From the human T2T-CHM13v2.0 reference genome, Homo sapiens: a DNA stretch of 64,000 bases. Of the stretch, positions 1 to 13,383 are shown in pieces; the stretch's first letter is position 1; every line of letters begins with the position of its first letter. Where the stretch lies: the NCBI RefSeq assembly GCF_009914755.1, contig NC_060944.1; one strand, given 5' to 3'. A model generated the notes under the pieces. The model was not told the origin of the DNA. It searched no databases and saw nothing but the letters and a program-made list of their open reading frames with translations. Made by a program: the position numbers and the translations under genes.

Positions 1-2158
1 AAATATCCAGGTAGGAGGGTGGGCCCCTGGCACCAAGTGAAGACCGAAAGGGAGCCTCAGAAGGATGCTGTCCAGGAAGCCTCCCACCAGGCTGGCAGGA
101 AACCCAAACAGCAGGGTTTTCTTCCCAGAGAGTTGATAGTGAAAATGAGTTCCACAAATGCTGTTCTGGACTGAGCTAGGTCCCTCCCCAGGAAAAGCCA
201 GACCTTAACCACAAGGAACATCCCCTCCTGCCCACTGCTCCCTCTGGCCCTCCCTCACTGCCTTCTCTTGCTTCTGTTATGTTCTGATCTTTGGGTCAGT
301 GCTGGGTGTGGGGAAGCTTCTGGGCAGTTGGTGGAGAAGCTTTCTGAGCATGAGTTTCTCCAAAAATGCTAATGGCTCTTAACTGAGCCCCTGGTACACA
401 GGACACTCCATGTGTCCTTCATCCTAAGTGCTTCTGCCTTTCTCTAGAGGGTCTGTGTAAACCAAAAGGGGTGGACCCTCAGAGGAGCTTCCCCCTTCCT
501 TTAAAGCAGCACTCTTGTTTCCTGTTTATACCAGCACTACAACCCCCTTGGGAAATGGCTGAGGAACTGTGGGAGGCGGTGGTTGAGAGAGAACCTGAGA
601 GGGTCTGCCCCACCTGGCCTCTGTTCCCGGCCCTCGGGATTGAAAGGGAAGGAAGGAGGAGGGGTGCCTGGGAGCTGGGTGGATATGAGTCAGAAGAGGC
701 AGGGCAGCCTCTCCCTGCTGTGCTGGTCTCAGTACCCACCAGGAGTGAGGCAGGAGTGGATGCTGGTCTGGTCCTGCTGCCAGGGCTGCTGCAGGGGCAC
801 CAGTCAGGCACATGAGCAGGAAAGTGGGTACTATCATATCTCAGTGTAGTCTGGACACTTTGGTCCATCATAGGTCAAGTAGAATTAATTAGCTCATTAG
901 TTCAACAAATCTTGGGGCACCTGCTATGTTCCAGGCACTGCTCAGTGCAGTGGTGAACAGGTAACTCCTGGCCTCTGACACACTGCCGTGTCTGACATGT
1001 ATATGGTGTTTTTACCATGTTCCCAGTTTACACTCATGAACATATGCATATGTCTTGATAATGCCCATTACAAAGCATACATGGGAAAGAAAAGAAGAAT
1101 GAGGTAAGTAGAGATGAGTTCTAAGATTTCCTCCCACACTTTGGCAGATGGTTCAGCTTCAGAGTCTACTAGCATGGACTGTTGCTTTAATGGGTAGCTT
1201 TTGTGTTTCAGACACCACCTTACACAGTTTTGAGTCGGGGCTACCAGTGTGAAAGAGCTTGAAGCAAGGTAGGCAAATGCTGTGCCCAGATCATTTATTA
1301 GCACTTGGCCCCAGCAAGGCCTGATGCTCTCCTTGGGAAGGGTGCCCAGCTTGTCTGGGGTGGGTGTTTTAGGGTCTCGTGCTTCTGTCCTGTGTGCTGT
1401 GGTCAGGCTACTCAGGGGAGTGCGGCAGGCACCTGCTGCTATTCAGTACTTTATAGTTTTCATAGCCTTTCATCGGGGTCGCATTGGTCATCCCAACAAC
1501 CTTCCGAGACAGGGATTCCTTCGCCGCTGAAGACCAGAGGATGGAGGCCTGTGCTGTGTGTCATGAGTGTCAGAGCTGGCCCTGGGCCTTGCTTTCCTGG
1601 ACTGGCCACTGCCTTATTCTGCAGAAAGTTTTTCTTGACATCTCCCCACCTCGCTGTGCCCAGAGGAGCAAACTGATGAATGTGTTCAGCATGTACCACC
1701 TTTCTTGTGGGAAGGAGCATGGGTTCCAGGTCCCTGCCTGCTTCCAGACCCTCTGTGGAAGCTGCCGCTGGCACTCAGCTTCCTTTTCCGGGGTATGAGC
1801 AACTGTGTCTCCAAGCAGAATGCCTTTGTCCACGGGGTGGGGAGGAGCTGGAAGACTGCAGGCCTCCAGGTTCTTTCTCTCAGGTTTCTGTTCCCTTTGG
1901 CGTCCACAGGACATCAGGAGCCAGGTGGCTGGCTGACCTGTCCCCCTCCTCCTCTGTGTCTTCCCCAGGCTGTGCAGTTTCCCCGCTCACAGGGATTTGC
2001 CGTTGGCACCTGTTCGGCCCTGTCTCAGCATGTGGGAGAGAGTGGTCTGTAGGTTGGTGTTGGTTTCCTGCTCAGAGGATGCTTCCTCAGTAGGCCCGGC
2101 TGAGGCCCAGGGAACCTGGAGTTACTCACTTAAAGGTAGCAAAAACCTAGAAAGTTAA

Positions 2159-2407
<249 letters not shown>

Positions 2408-3769
2408 TAGTTGTTCAGCTCAGTCCGCCTGAGGTCTTGGTAACAATAGTTGCGATATCTTTGTAACAGTTCTCTATCTCCTTTTACTACTCTCTGCCTC
2501 TGGATACCCCTCTTCACTTCACCCCTTCCTACAAGGAAGGAGTCAGGTCTGACAGTGTTGCAGGATGCAGTGCTGGGCTAACGGAAGGTCCAGAGAGGCT
2601 CTTAGCACGGAGCTGGAGCTGCCTGCTCCTCCCTCGCAGGACGCTGCCTGGGTTCCGTTCCTGTCCTTCCCTGCCTGGGGAACTAGCAGCCTTTGTGAGT
2701 CTCCTTGACAACAGGATGGATAAGTTAAAAATAACCTTGTGCCGGGCTTTCTGTGTGTGAGTGCCCTCTCCCCTGCTGCTCTGGAGCGCAGTCCCTGCAG
2801 CTTCTAGAGGCTCCTGAATGCATCTGTGGGAGCCTCAGTGGGGTCCAGGTGCTAGCATTTTGAAGCCCCGAGGTTTTAGAGGTCAAAGCCAGGTGATCAG
2901 GCAGCATCATTACCTTGTAACTCGCAATGATTACCGTAATATTACTGGCAACTGGTGGTTGCCGATGGTGTGTGGGTGTCAATGTTGAAATAAAGATTGG
3001 ACAGCTGTTGTGAATGCTTTGTCTTCATTTAGTCTCCCTGGAGAGGGACGACTCTGGAGACCTTACTGTGTTTCAGAAACTCTGGAGTGGTGTACTGGGA
3101 CACAGCCCTGGGTGAGAGTTTGGTTATGTCGCTTCAAGGAATCCCCATGGGAAGGAGGGTCCTTACCTTATATAAGGTGAAGACGCCAAAGTACAGAGGC
3201 ACTTGGGTGACTTATCCAGAGCCACCTGTCTCGACTGTGGCAGAGTAGGGAGCAGTCTGTGTCTTCAGAAGCTGTGGCTCTCTCCCTTGGATCCTAATGA
3301 TGAGGCCGTCTTTATTGGGCCTTTACCAAAGCCAGCTGTCTCTTTTTTATCAGCAGTCTGCACTAGGCGAGGCCCTCTGTGTTGCTAATCTGTTTTGTTT
3401 TTCTGTTTTGCTCATCTGCACTAGTTAAGGCCCTCTGTCTTGTCACAGTTGTAAATTAATTTAGAAAGAGCTGTCTCCCTGAGGGCAGGGGCTGGGTTTT
3501 TCTTTACACACCTGGACCTAATTCTTCTCTTCTTCCATCCATTAGTAAGTGTTTTGCTGTGTGCCGTGCATGGGGATAATGAGAACAAGAAGTTATGTTC
3601 TTGTCTTTAAGGAGTTTGTCGTCAGCCAAGGAGACATTTACAAAAGTCCCCGTTGTGGTCAGCGCTGAGAGGGAGAAGGTTCTAGTGTTAAGAGAGCAAA
3701 TCACTGGGGTGTCTAACCTCGCCTGAGGTGAAGGTGGGGGTTAGAGCAGTCTGAGAGAACATATTAGTA

Positions 3770-3960
3770 ACACAAAGTACTCAAATCTGGAGCACATAAA
3801 CCACTACAAATCAATAAAAAAAGGAAGGCAGAAAACTCCGTAGAAAAACTAGCCAGTGATTTGACAGACACTTGACAGAAGATACCAAGTGGCCAGTGAA
3901 CATGTGAGACAGTCACAATTCCGTGTATTCATCAGTCATCAGGGAAGTCAGAGGACCTGG
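3770..3960 (+). mobile_element. Old L1M ORF2 3' fragment
   Basis: Degenerate match to L1 sequence (caaatcaataa..., gacacttgacagaaga, tcatcagggaa). Confidence 0.55.
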
Positions 3961-4930
3961 GTTAATATGAGACATTGGGCCACGCATTGAACTTCCCAGA
4001 TCCCGTTTCTTATTTGTAAATGGGGCTTCTCCTGTCCCTTCCCTTCCTCCCAGTACTGCTCTGAAGCTTGCATGGGAAAGGCTCTTCAGACCTTGCAGGG
4101 CTATACAGATACTAAGTAGTGTTGTTACTCTAAGTGATTTACTTTCTCCTCCACCTCTTCTCATAGCAACTATTCTGAATTCCCCTATGAAAGAAAATAC
4201 TTGAGTGGTAGGATGGTTCCTAGGATTCAGAATAGCCTGTCCCTTGATACTTTGGGTAAAGAGCTTGCTGCTGGCATGGCTCTGGTTCCCTCACCCAGGC
4301 TGGGAGCAGGGTGACTTCCTGTGGGTCTTTTGTCACCCAGGGCCTGGTGGCAGGGAAAGGACTGAGGTGCACCAGTCCTGGCTCGAGCGTTGTCTGGAGT
4401 AGGCTGTCTGGTTCGTTGTCCACACTGACTGTGATTGACCTCCTCACAGAGTGCTCTAGTGAAGTCCGGAAATAACACTCTGGACTTGGGACATGTTGAC
4501 ATTAACAGGTCTACAGGGGCAACAGCCTCACCACCTGGCTTCCCCTGAGAGAGCCTGGTCAGTGCCATTGGCTGCCCTAGCAGGCTCAGGGATAACCTCC
4601 TGTTAAAACCGGTCCCAGCCTCCCTTTTGCATTCTTTGGATACAAAGGAGCCATGTTCTCTCTCTTTTGGATCTGCCCTCTGCGGTTAAGCAGATGGTAC
4701 GCGGTGCAGATGCACACCTCTCTTCCAGCAGAGTGTGGCTGGCCACCTTGGCACATGTCACAACAGTGTCAGGATTGCTGCTAGTCCTGTCAGTCCCATC
4801 ACCTGACTGTGCCAGGTTCTTAGGCCCTGTTTGGAGTCTTTCCCCACAGATCTCTCATGACAGGCATAGACTTCTCAATGGTCTACTCGGCACTTTTGAC
4901 CTTTTTCTCTTCTGTATTTCTGCCACTTAG

Positions 4931-5067
4931 GAGTCAGAGTCAGAAGCAAAGGTAGATGGAGAGACTGCATCGGACAGTGAGAGCCGGGCAGAATCCGCAC
5001 CCCTGCCAGTCTCTGCAGATGATACCCCGGAGGTCCTCAATAGGGCCCTTTCCAACTTGTCTTCAAG
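4931..5067 (+). CDS. CDS2: CDS2 coding exon 2 (ESESEAKVDGETASDSES...ALSNLSS-R)
   Basis: Polypyrimidine tract + ttag acceptor at 4930; 137 nt open frame matching the recalled CDS2 acidic N-terminus; AG|gtaacc donor. Confidence 0.96.
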
Positions 5068-5689
5068 GTAACCTGGCTTAATGATGCAGGTGCTTGTTGG
5101 GGGCTTTGCACCATGTCCAAGTGCCCTGGAAGAGCCTGCAGAGAGCCCGTGGTCTTGCAGAGCAGGCCCGCTGTCTTGCCTCAGCCTCCCATGCCACTGC
5201 TCCAGGCTCCATTGAGTGTAATCTAGTGCTTAGCAGTGGCAGTGAGCACAGTGACCAGGAGGGGAGGGCAACCAAGGCTGGAAGGATCTGGCCCCGGAAG
5301 GGTGCTTCAGACTGGACTAGGAAGTGCAGTTCAAAGAGGAAGAGGGGACAGGAGGGATGGAGGTGGGTGAGGTCAGCTGACACTGCACAGCACAGGAAAC
5401 CAGCCTTGGGTTTGCGATTAATGGGCAGGCTGCTTTTCACTGAGGAGTCCACGTTTCCAGTTCAGAGTTTAGTTTCTCTCACATCCTTTGTGAACAGTTC
5501 CTTAAATTCTCCAGGAAGAACTGGGAAACATCTTAACCTAGGTGAATCTAGTGTTAAAACTTTTGGCCCTTGAGAACCTGGTTCTTTTAACACAGCTATG
5601 TGAGTAGATCAAAAACACATTATAAGACCCCAAAGCATTATCTCAGTGTTCCTATGTGTGCCTCCAGCTGTCCTCTTGGGAGTCTGAAT

Positions 5690-5862
5690 TGTGCAGTGGT
5701 TAAGGGCGTGGACTTTGCAGCCAGACCCTTGGATTCAGATCCCAGCTTTACTGTTTGCCAGCTGTTTGACCTGTGCCTCCATTTCCTCATCTGTAAAAGC
5801 GAAGTGTGTTGAGGATTGAAGGAGTTAATATATGTAAAGTCCTCATAAAATTACCTTACTCA
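5690..5862 (+). mobile_element. MIR, interrupted by an Alu
   Basis: gcagtggttaag start and MIR core tttcctcatctgtaaaa. Confidence 0.7.
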
Positions 5863-6143
<281 letters not shown>

Positions 6144-6590
6144 ATTATGCATATTTATGGTAGCTGTTATTATCATTGCATAATGTTACTATTATTCCCA
6201 TAATTATTCAGGGCAGTGCAGTGTAGGATCCTGCTGCTGGAAAAAAATATTTTTTTCTTCAGATAGTCAGCTGTAGAAACCATCCAAGTGGATACAGAAG
6301 CAGAGGGCACTACATTTCCCTTGGTTTTTTTGTTTGTTTGTGTTTTGCCTGATACCTTCTTTAAGATATAAGCTAGGTTTATTTTTTGCCAAGTTTGGTT
6401 GTGACTTAGGCATTGGTACTAGTGGTCCTGCTCCTGCCAGCATGTGGCTGGTGCCTCCGTCACGGTGAATCTGGAAAGGACTGAGCTCAGGGCCCTCATC
6501 TCAGGAAGATCCATATCCCTTGAGTTTGTGCATTGGTTTTTTTCTGGGCTCCTAACTGGTGTTTTCTCCTTCCCCTGCTCTCTGACCTAG

Positions 6591-6687
6591 ATGGAAGAAC
6601 TGGTGGGTGAGAGGCATCCTGACTTTGGCCATGATTGCATTTTTCTTCATCATCATTTACCTGGGACCAATGGTTTTGATGATAATC
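6591..6687 (+). CDS. CDS2: CDS2 exon 3 (WKNWWVRGILTLAMIAFFFIIIYLGPMVLMII)
   Basis: ctag acceptor, gtaagt donor; phase continues from exon 2; hydrophobic TM segment. Confidence 0.97.
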
Positions 6688-6917
6688 GTAAGTGCCATTT
6701 CACACTATTTTAGTTTTCCCTTCAGTTTTTGCTGCAGGCCCGGTTGTCTTAAGTGCGAGGTGTTGGGTTGGTTGTGGGAATTGACGGGGGTCCAGGCTTC
6801 TCAGAAAACCTCTGCCATAGAACATCTGTGACTTCCCACTTCTCAGTAGCCACCTGGAGGGTCATTGGTGTAGGCTGGTTGTTTATGGTTGAAGATGTCT
6901 CAGTGTCTTTTCTTTTA

Positions 6918-7265
<348 letters not shown>

Positions 7266-7544
7266 CTATATGACTCCTGGTTTCGTTTCCTGTTTTCCTG
7301 GGGCCTCCCTTCTGGGCTTAGAGCTTTTGTTAAGGAAATCCCAGTCCACAGAGCTGCTCTGTCTGTCTTCCCACTGTCCTGGACAGGGTCAGGTGACCAT
7401 CAGCTGCATGTGAGCAAAGCATTTGACTTTGAATACTTGAGACTTTTCAAGTATTCAGAGTCAAAAGGAGAATGGATTGGTTGAATCCTGGGAGGTTCTA
7501 GAATAAAAAGTTAAAAAGGAGGTTTTAGAATAAAGTTAATTGAG

Positions 7545-7809
<265 letters not shown>

Positions 7810-8055
7810 AGTTAATTGAAACATCAGGGTGTGTATTTTATTGTGAGTGGAAAATTGGATCTACTCCCTGTGACATAGAGGGCTGCATTGCTCTGTGGGA
7901 TGGTATGAGAGAGGAAGAAGGAGGGAAGCAGAACCACTGGAGGCCCGATATTTTTCTTAAGTATAATGGGTTTTCTGGAAGGCTCATGACCTGTTGGTTT
8001 CCATTTCCAAAAATCATAAGAATTGGGGTGTCAGTGAATGTTTTGTGTCCCGCAG

Positions 8056-8153
8056 GTGATGTGCGTTCAGATTAAGTGTTTCCATGAGATAATCACTATT
8101 GGCTACAACGTCTACCACTCATATGATCTGCCCTGGTTCAGGACGCTCAGCTG
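8056..8153 (+). CDS. CDS2: CDS2 exon 4 ([33 protein letters not shown])
   Basis: cgcag acceptor, gtaagc donor; 98 nt, phase-consistent. Confidence 0.97.
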
Positions 8154-10224
8154 GTAAGCTCTCCGGCCCCACAGAGGCTTTTAGAATTTGGATGATGTGC
8201 TTTGTGGCAGGTACTTACAGTGACGGTGGGTATTTCTATCACTTGCTATAGAGATAAATGCTGGAGAGGCAGTTATCATGTTAGGTCATACAAAGTTTCA
8301 TGAAGAAAATGGTATTTGAGCAATAAGTGAAGAAATGGGTAAGAGAATGTTAGGAGAATGTTAAGAGAAAGTTAAGAGAAAAAGGCAGGAGAAAAGAGGT
8401 GATTGCCACAGACTCGCACAGTGCCTTTGAGACCTGAGTATTTCATAGGCCAGACTGTGTGGTTGGCCTTGCAGGAGTCTTATAGTTACTTGAAGTCTGG
8501 AATCTTCCTGAGAAGAAACCAGATGGGCTGCATTCTGTGACTGTGTTTGCCTCGCTATTTGGATTCCTTAAACTCTGCATGATGATCCCGTTTTTCTAGA
8601 TCAGTATATTTTTCATGCCGTCATATCTCAGCATCCCACTAGAGTTGTCTGGAAGTTGTTAGGTTCTGCTGCCGGCTTTGCTTGTTATCCTTGGAACTTG
8701 GTTTCCTTATCTCTAAGACAGATGGTTGAGACTTACTGGTTTCCAGACTGTGGTGTTTGAGCCCTACTTCATCAGAGGTGTTTTGAGTGCCAGAGTGGGC
8801 AGGAGTGAGGCTGAATGCATGGGATCTGGGCTCCGCTGGGAAAGTTGGCTTTCTCCGTTTCCTGGGAAAGGATTCAGCTTTCTTAAAGCAAAAAGAAAAA
8901 CCTGTAACACATGTCTGAGACCCCTTTCTGATCTGAAACTCTGCTTTATTGGCCGTAGTATTCTCAGGTGGTGACTTTTGAGCAGAGCACTGCACCATGC
9001 TGAGAGGACCTGGGGCAAATGTGGACCTTCTCACCCCACTGTGCAGGGATACAGGGGTTGAAGCCATGACTTAGCCGGCTGGAGAGCAGTGGTTTTTGCC
9101 CCAGCAACCTGGTCACTGTCAAGGAAGCCGATGTGCTCAGATGTAGGCTGGGCACCCCCTTCCTGAGGTGTTTCCTGTCACCCAACAGACAGGCTGCCTC
9201 CCAGCCTCCAGATGGAATTGGGATTGCCACCTGGCTTAAGATGCAGGTCCCTTTTGTGGCTGTTCTTTAGCTGGAAAGCAGTGTTTTGCATTTTGTTAAC
9301 ATACTCAGGAGGCCTGACTCCTGGCTGTGGTCACTTTACAAAGAAAGTTTTTTCCATGTAACAGAAAAGAAACCCAATATGGGAGTTTTTGTACTTCATA
9401 ATTTAAAAAAAAGAATGGGAAAGAAAAGCTCTCCACTTTCTTCTCTATCTCAGGATCCTTGCTGGGGGTTTGCAGTGATGGCTGCATGGTGCCATACTCA
9501 GCAGTACTGTGGAGGCTGCAAGGGATGGCTTCTCTTCTCATGAACGCCAGTTGAGGAGAGAGAATACACAAGTGAAGAGTTAACGCTAATGGAAGGTCTG
9601 TTTGTCAGAGCCAGGCTTCAGAGAGGCAGATGCATCATTAATTGCTTAGTCAGATAATCACATATTACTTGCTATAGAAATAAATGCAGGGGAGGCAGAT
9701 GTCATGTTAGGTCATGCAAAGTTTTATGAATAAAATGGCATTTGAGCAAGGAGTGAAGAAATGGAGAAGCAAAGAGAATGTCAGGAGCAGGAAAAAGGCA
9801 GGAGAACAGCAGACAGGTGTGGCAAAGCCGGAAGAAACCATTTTGATAGGAGTGAAGGAGTTCCTGTTGGGAAGAGTGGAAACGAGACTGGGGAAGCAGG
9901 ATGAGGCGTGTTTTTGAAGGTCATATGGTTCAAGGATCCCTCAGTTAGGTATGGGAATGCTACAAAAGGGGCAAAAACGGAGTCTCAAGTTTGGGAGAAA
10001 TGGAGAGTGAATGAAAGCTGCTGTCTGTTTCTAGATAAATTTCTCACCTACGGTGTCACCAGAGAGCAGGAAACCATGGTCTGCCTGTTGCTCTGTGAGC
10101 TGTCCCGGGGGACTCAAGGGTGGGGGGTATTCTGCTGCCCTCTGTCCCTTCCTCTGGGATGTCTGACTGCCTTGCTGTGAAGGCAAGGGTGCTCCCCACG
10201 GCAATGACCTGTCTTCATTTACAG

Positions 10225-10364
10225 GTACTTTCTCCTGTGTGTAAACTATTTCTTCTATGGTGAGACAGTGACGGATTACTTCTTCACCCTGGTCCAGAGA
10301 GAAGAGCCTTTGCGGATTCTCAGTAAATACCACCGGTTCATTTCCTTTACTCTCTATCTAATAG
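10225..10364 (+). CDS. CDS2: CDS2 exon 5 (YFLLCVNYFFYGETV...HRFISFTLYLI-G)
   Basis: acag acceptor, gtatgc donor; 140 nt, phase-consistent. Confidence 0.97.
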
Positions 10365-10529
10365 GTATGCATTAAGCAGTTCACCATTTCTTGTGTCTGT
10401 ATTGTTTTTGTATGTCTGTCAGGTAGGAATTGGGGAATTTCTTGGTTAGTATACAGTTTTGTGACATTAACTGTGACCATGCAGGGGAGCAGAGCTGATG
10501 CTCTATGTTAAGCTGTAGCAGCTGTTACC

Positions 10530-10829
10530 TTTTTTTTTTTTTTTTTTGAGCCAGGGTCTCACTCTGTCACCCAGGCCAGAGTGCAGTGGCACCATCTCGG
10601 CTGACTGCAACCTCCACCTCCCAAGTTGAAGCGATCCTCCCACCTCAGGTCCCGAAGTAGCTGGGACTACAGGTGCCTGCTACCATGCCCAGCTAATTTT
10701 TGTATTTTTAGTAGAGACCGAGTTTCGCCATGTTGGCCAGGCTGGTTCCGAACTCCCGAGTTTAACTTATCCGCCTGCCTTGGCCTCCCAAAGTGCTGGG
10801 ATTACAGGTGTGAGCCACCACGCCCGGCC
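10530..10829 (-). mobile_element. Alu
   Basis: Poly-T followed by reverse Alu dimer ending cccggcc. Confidence 0.95.
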
Positions 10830-11714
10830 TTGTAGGAGCTCTTTTAAGAGAAGCAGAGTGTAGGGGCAGGACTGTGGCCTGTGCCACCTGCCCCTGTGTT
10901 TCAGCCACCATTGAGGAACAGCACAGCATGGTCCTGTCCTGACTCTCCTGTTGGCAAAGATTCTGCAGTGGGACCGAAACAAAAATCATCTAGGAACTTA
11001 CCATCTTTAGGGGAGTCATTTTAGGAGACCGCCTTGGGTGACATTGTAGCATGGTGGAAATTTTACTGGATTTGGGCGTAGACTCTGCAACCTCAGGGGG
11101 AGCTAGGAACATAATATTTCTGAGTCTCAGCTCTTTTGTAATCTAGAGCTAAAACTGCAGGGTTACTGTGAGGATTAAATCAAATACATTAAAACTTCAC
11201 AAACATTAAAGCGTTATATTAGTATACATTCAGGTAAGGCCACGTACTAATTCTAATAATGCTGATGGTTTTTCATAGCTACCTTCAAAGCTAGTTTGAG
11301 GTGCACGAAAAATTTGTTCTGACCTCAATGTCAATCTGACCTATTTTTGATCAGCTTGATAGCAATACTTCTGTGAATGACACCTGACTATTAAAATATA
11401 AAATCTGCAAAGGGGTCTGCTGCCATTGAGGATATTCAGAGAGTATGCTGCAGACCCCGAAAGCAGCCTTCCACAGTGGGAGGTAAGGGGTCTGGAAAAG
11501 CGACATGCTTATTTCTGGGCAGAACTGCTTTTGAGGATCTCCGCATGTTTATGGATAAAGGTTCCTTTCCTTCCTGGAGAAGGGGTCTGCGGACATGTTG
11601 TGCTACCATCTAGGTCACTGTGAGAGAGATAAAAAGGTGGTCTTGACCCTATACCATGTGGATCCCTCTTCTCCCAGCCCTATGAATACTAGGACAGGTA
11701 TTGGCAAACTTTTT

Positions 11715-12944
11715 TTTTTTTTTTAAGGGGAAGCAAGTTTATTAAGAAAGTAAAGGAATAAAAGAATGGCCCTTAGAGCAGCCCCGAGGGCTGCTGGTTG
11801 CCCATTTTTATGGTTATTTCTTGATTATATGCTAAACAAAGGGTGGATTATTCATGTTTCCTTTTTTTAGATCATATAGGGTAATTTCCTGATGTTGCCA
11901 TGGCATTTGTAAACTGCCATGTCACTGATTGGAGTGTAGCAATTAGGACAAGCAGAGGTCATTCTCATTGCTATCTTGATTTTGGAGGGGTTTGGCCAGC
12001 TTCTTTACTGCAGTTGTTTTCTCAGCAAGGTCTTTATGACCTGTATCTTGTGTGACCTCCTATCTCATCCTGTGACTTAGAATACCTAACCGTCTGGGAA
12101 TGCAGACCCTGTAGATCTCAGCCTCATTTTACCCAGCTCCTATTCAGGATGGAGTTGCTCTAGCTCAAATGCCTCTGACATTTCCCCCATCACTTTTATA
12201 AGAGAACCCTTAATCCTAAGGGTTGCAGAGGGACGAAGATCCATCCTCTGTAACTTCTTCAGGCTGATTAGGGGCAATGATATTCCTGCCTACCTATCGA
12301 GGTCTCTTGTATTCAGGGTAGAGAGGAGCTCAGTCAGAAAGTGTCAGTATGGTTAGGGCTATTCACAGCTCGGACACAAAGTGATATCTGGAAGATTTTG
12401 TAAGTGTTTAAGAGAACATTGAGTAAGCTTATCCTGCATTCCTACACAAATAGTACAACTATTCCATATCAGTAAAGCAAAATAAGCAAAACTATCCCAA
12501 GTAAACTAAAGAAGGCTTTCCATGAACTGGGTAATTGTTGGAACCAAGCTGATACGGGGTCGGTAGCTGATTGCAATATGTTCCCAGAATTAGAATACTG
12601 ATTCAGATTTTTACATCACCAATCCCTCTTGTTTCTTCTGAGCTGCAGCCAGAGATCACTGGTTGGTTCACAGGAACAAGCAGTCTAAATTGCAGAAAAA
12701 AACCAAAGTCAGCCAATCAGTGCTGCAGTCTATTTCCTTTGGGTTGGGGGTCTCCTCAGTATTGTCCCTTTGGGGTTCACCAGAAAGATGTTACCAGAAA
12801 GGGGTCCAGACCCGGACCCCAAGAGAGTGTTATTGGATCTCATACAAGAAGGAGTTTGGGGCGAGTCTGTGGAGGAAAGTGAAAGCAAGTCTATTAAGAA
12901 AGTAAAGGAATAAAAGAATTGCTACTCTGTAGGCACAACAGGCA
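11715..12944 (-). mobile_element. MER41A-type ERV1 retrocopy: R-U5 (12789-12944), leader (12703-12788), 3' internal (12181-12702), U3-R (11725-12180), poly(A)
   Basis: Minus-strand LTR start TGTCAGAGGC at 12180 preceded by PPT gggggaaa; U5 end ...ggtaaca at 12789; duplicated R; T15 tail; TSD gcaaacttttt. Confidence 0.85.
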
Positions 12945-13015
12945 GCAAACTTTTTATTAAAGTTCCAAACAGTAAATATTTTAGGCTTTGGGGACCATAG
13001 GGTCTCTTGCAGTTA

Positions 13016-13383
13016 CAGTCATGCATCGTTTAACCATGGGCTATGTTCTCGGAAATGCATTGTTGTCATTTTGTCATTGTGCAAACATTGTAGAGTGTAC
13101 TTATGCAGACCTAGATGGTATAGCCTCCTACACACCTAGGCTATAATGTGTAGTCTATTTCTCTTAGAGTACAAACCTGTACAGCATGTTACCTTACTAA
13201 ATAAATACTGTAGGCAATTATAACACAATGGTAAGTATTTGTGTATCTAAACATAGAAAAGGTACTATATGGTAATTAGTAAATCTTATGGTATTATAAT
13301 CTATGGGTATTATAACCTTAGGGAACTGTTGTTGTGTATGTGGTGTGTTGTTGACGAGAACCTCGTTGTTCAGAGCATGACTG
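13016..13383. mobile_element. Tigger3a/MER7-like Tc1/mariner MITE
   Basis: TIRs CAGTCATGC...GCATGACTG with TA duplications at 13014-13015 and 13384-13385. Confidence 0.85.

Noticed and set aside
471-2093. Cluster of overlapping 100-137 aa ORFs in intron 1
   Set aside because: No recognisable domains, mostly non-ATG starts, present on both strands; expected by chance in GC-richer intronic DNA
4928-4933. TAG-GAG tandem (NAGNAG) acceptor at exon 2
   Set aside because: GAG is a poor acceptor, and nothing in the sequence supports use of the distal site
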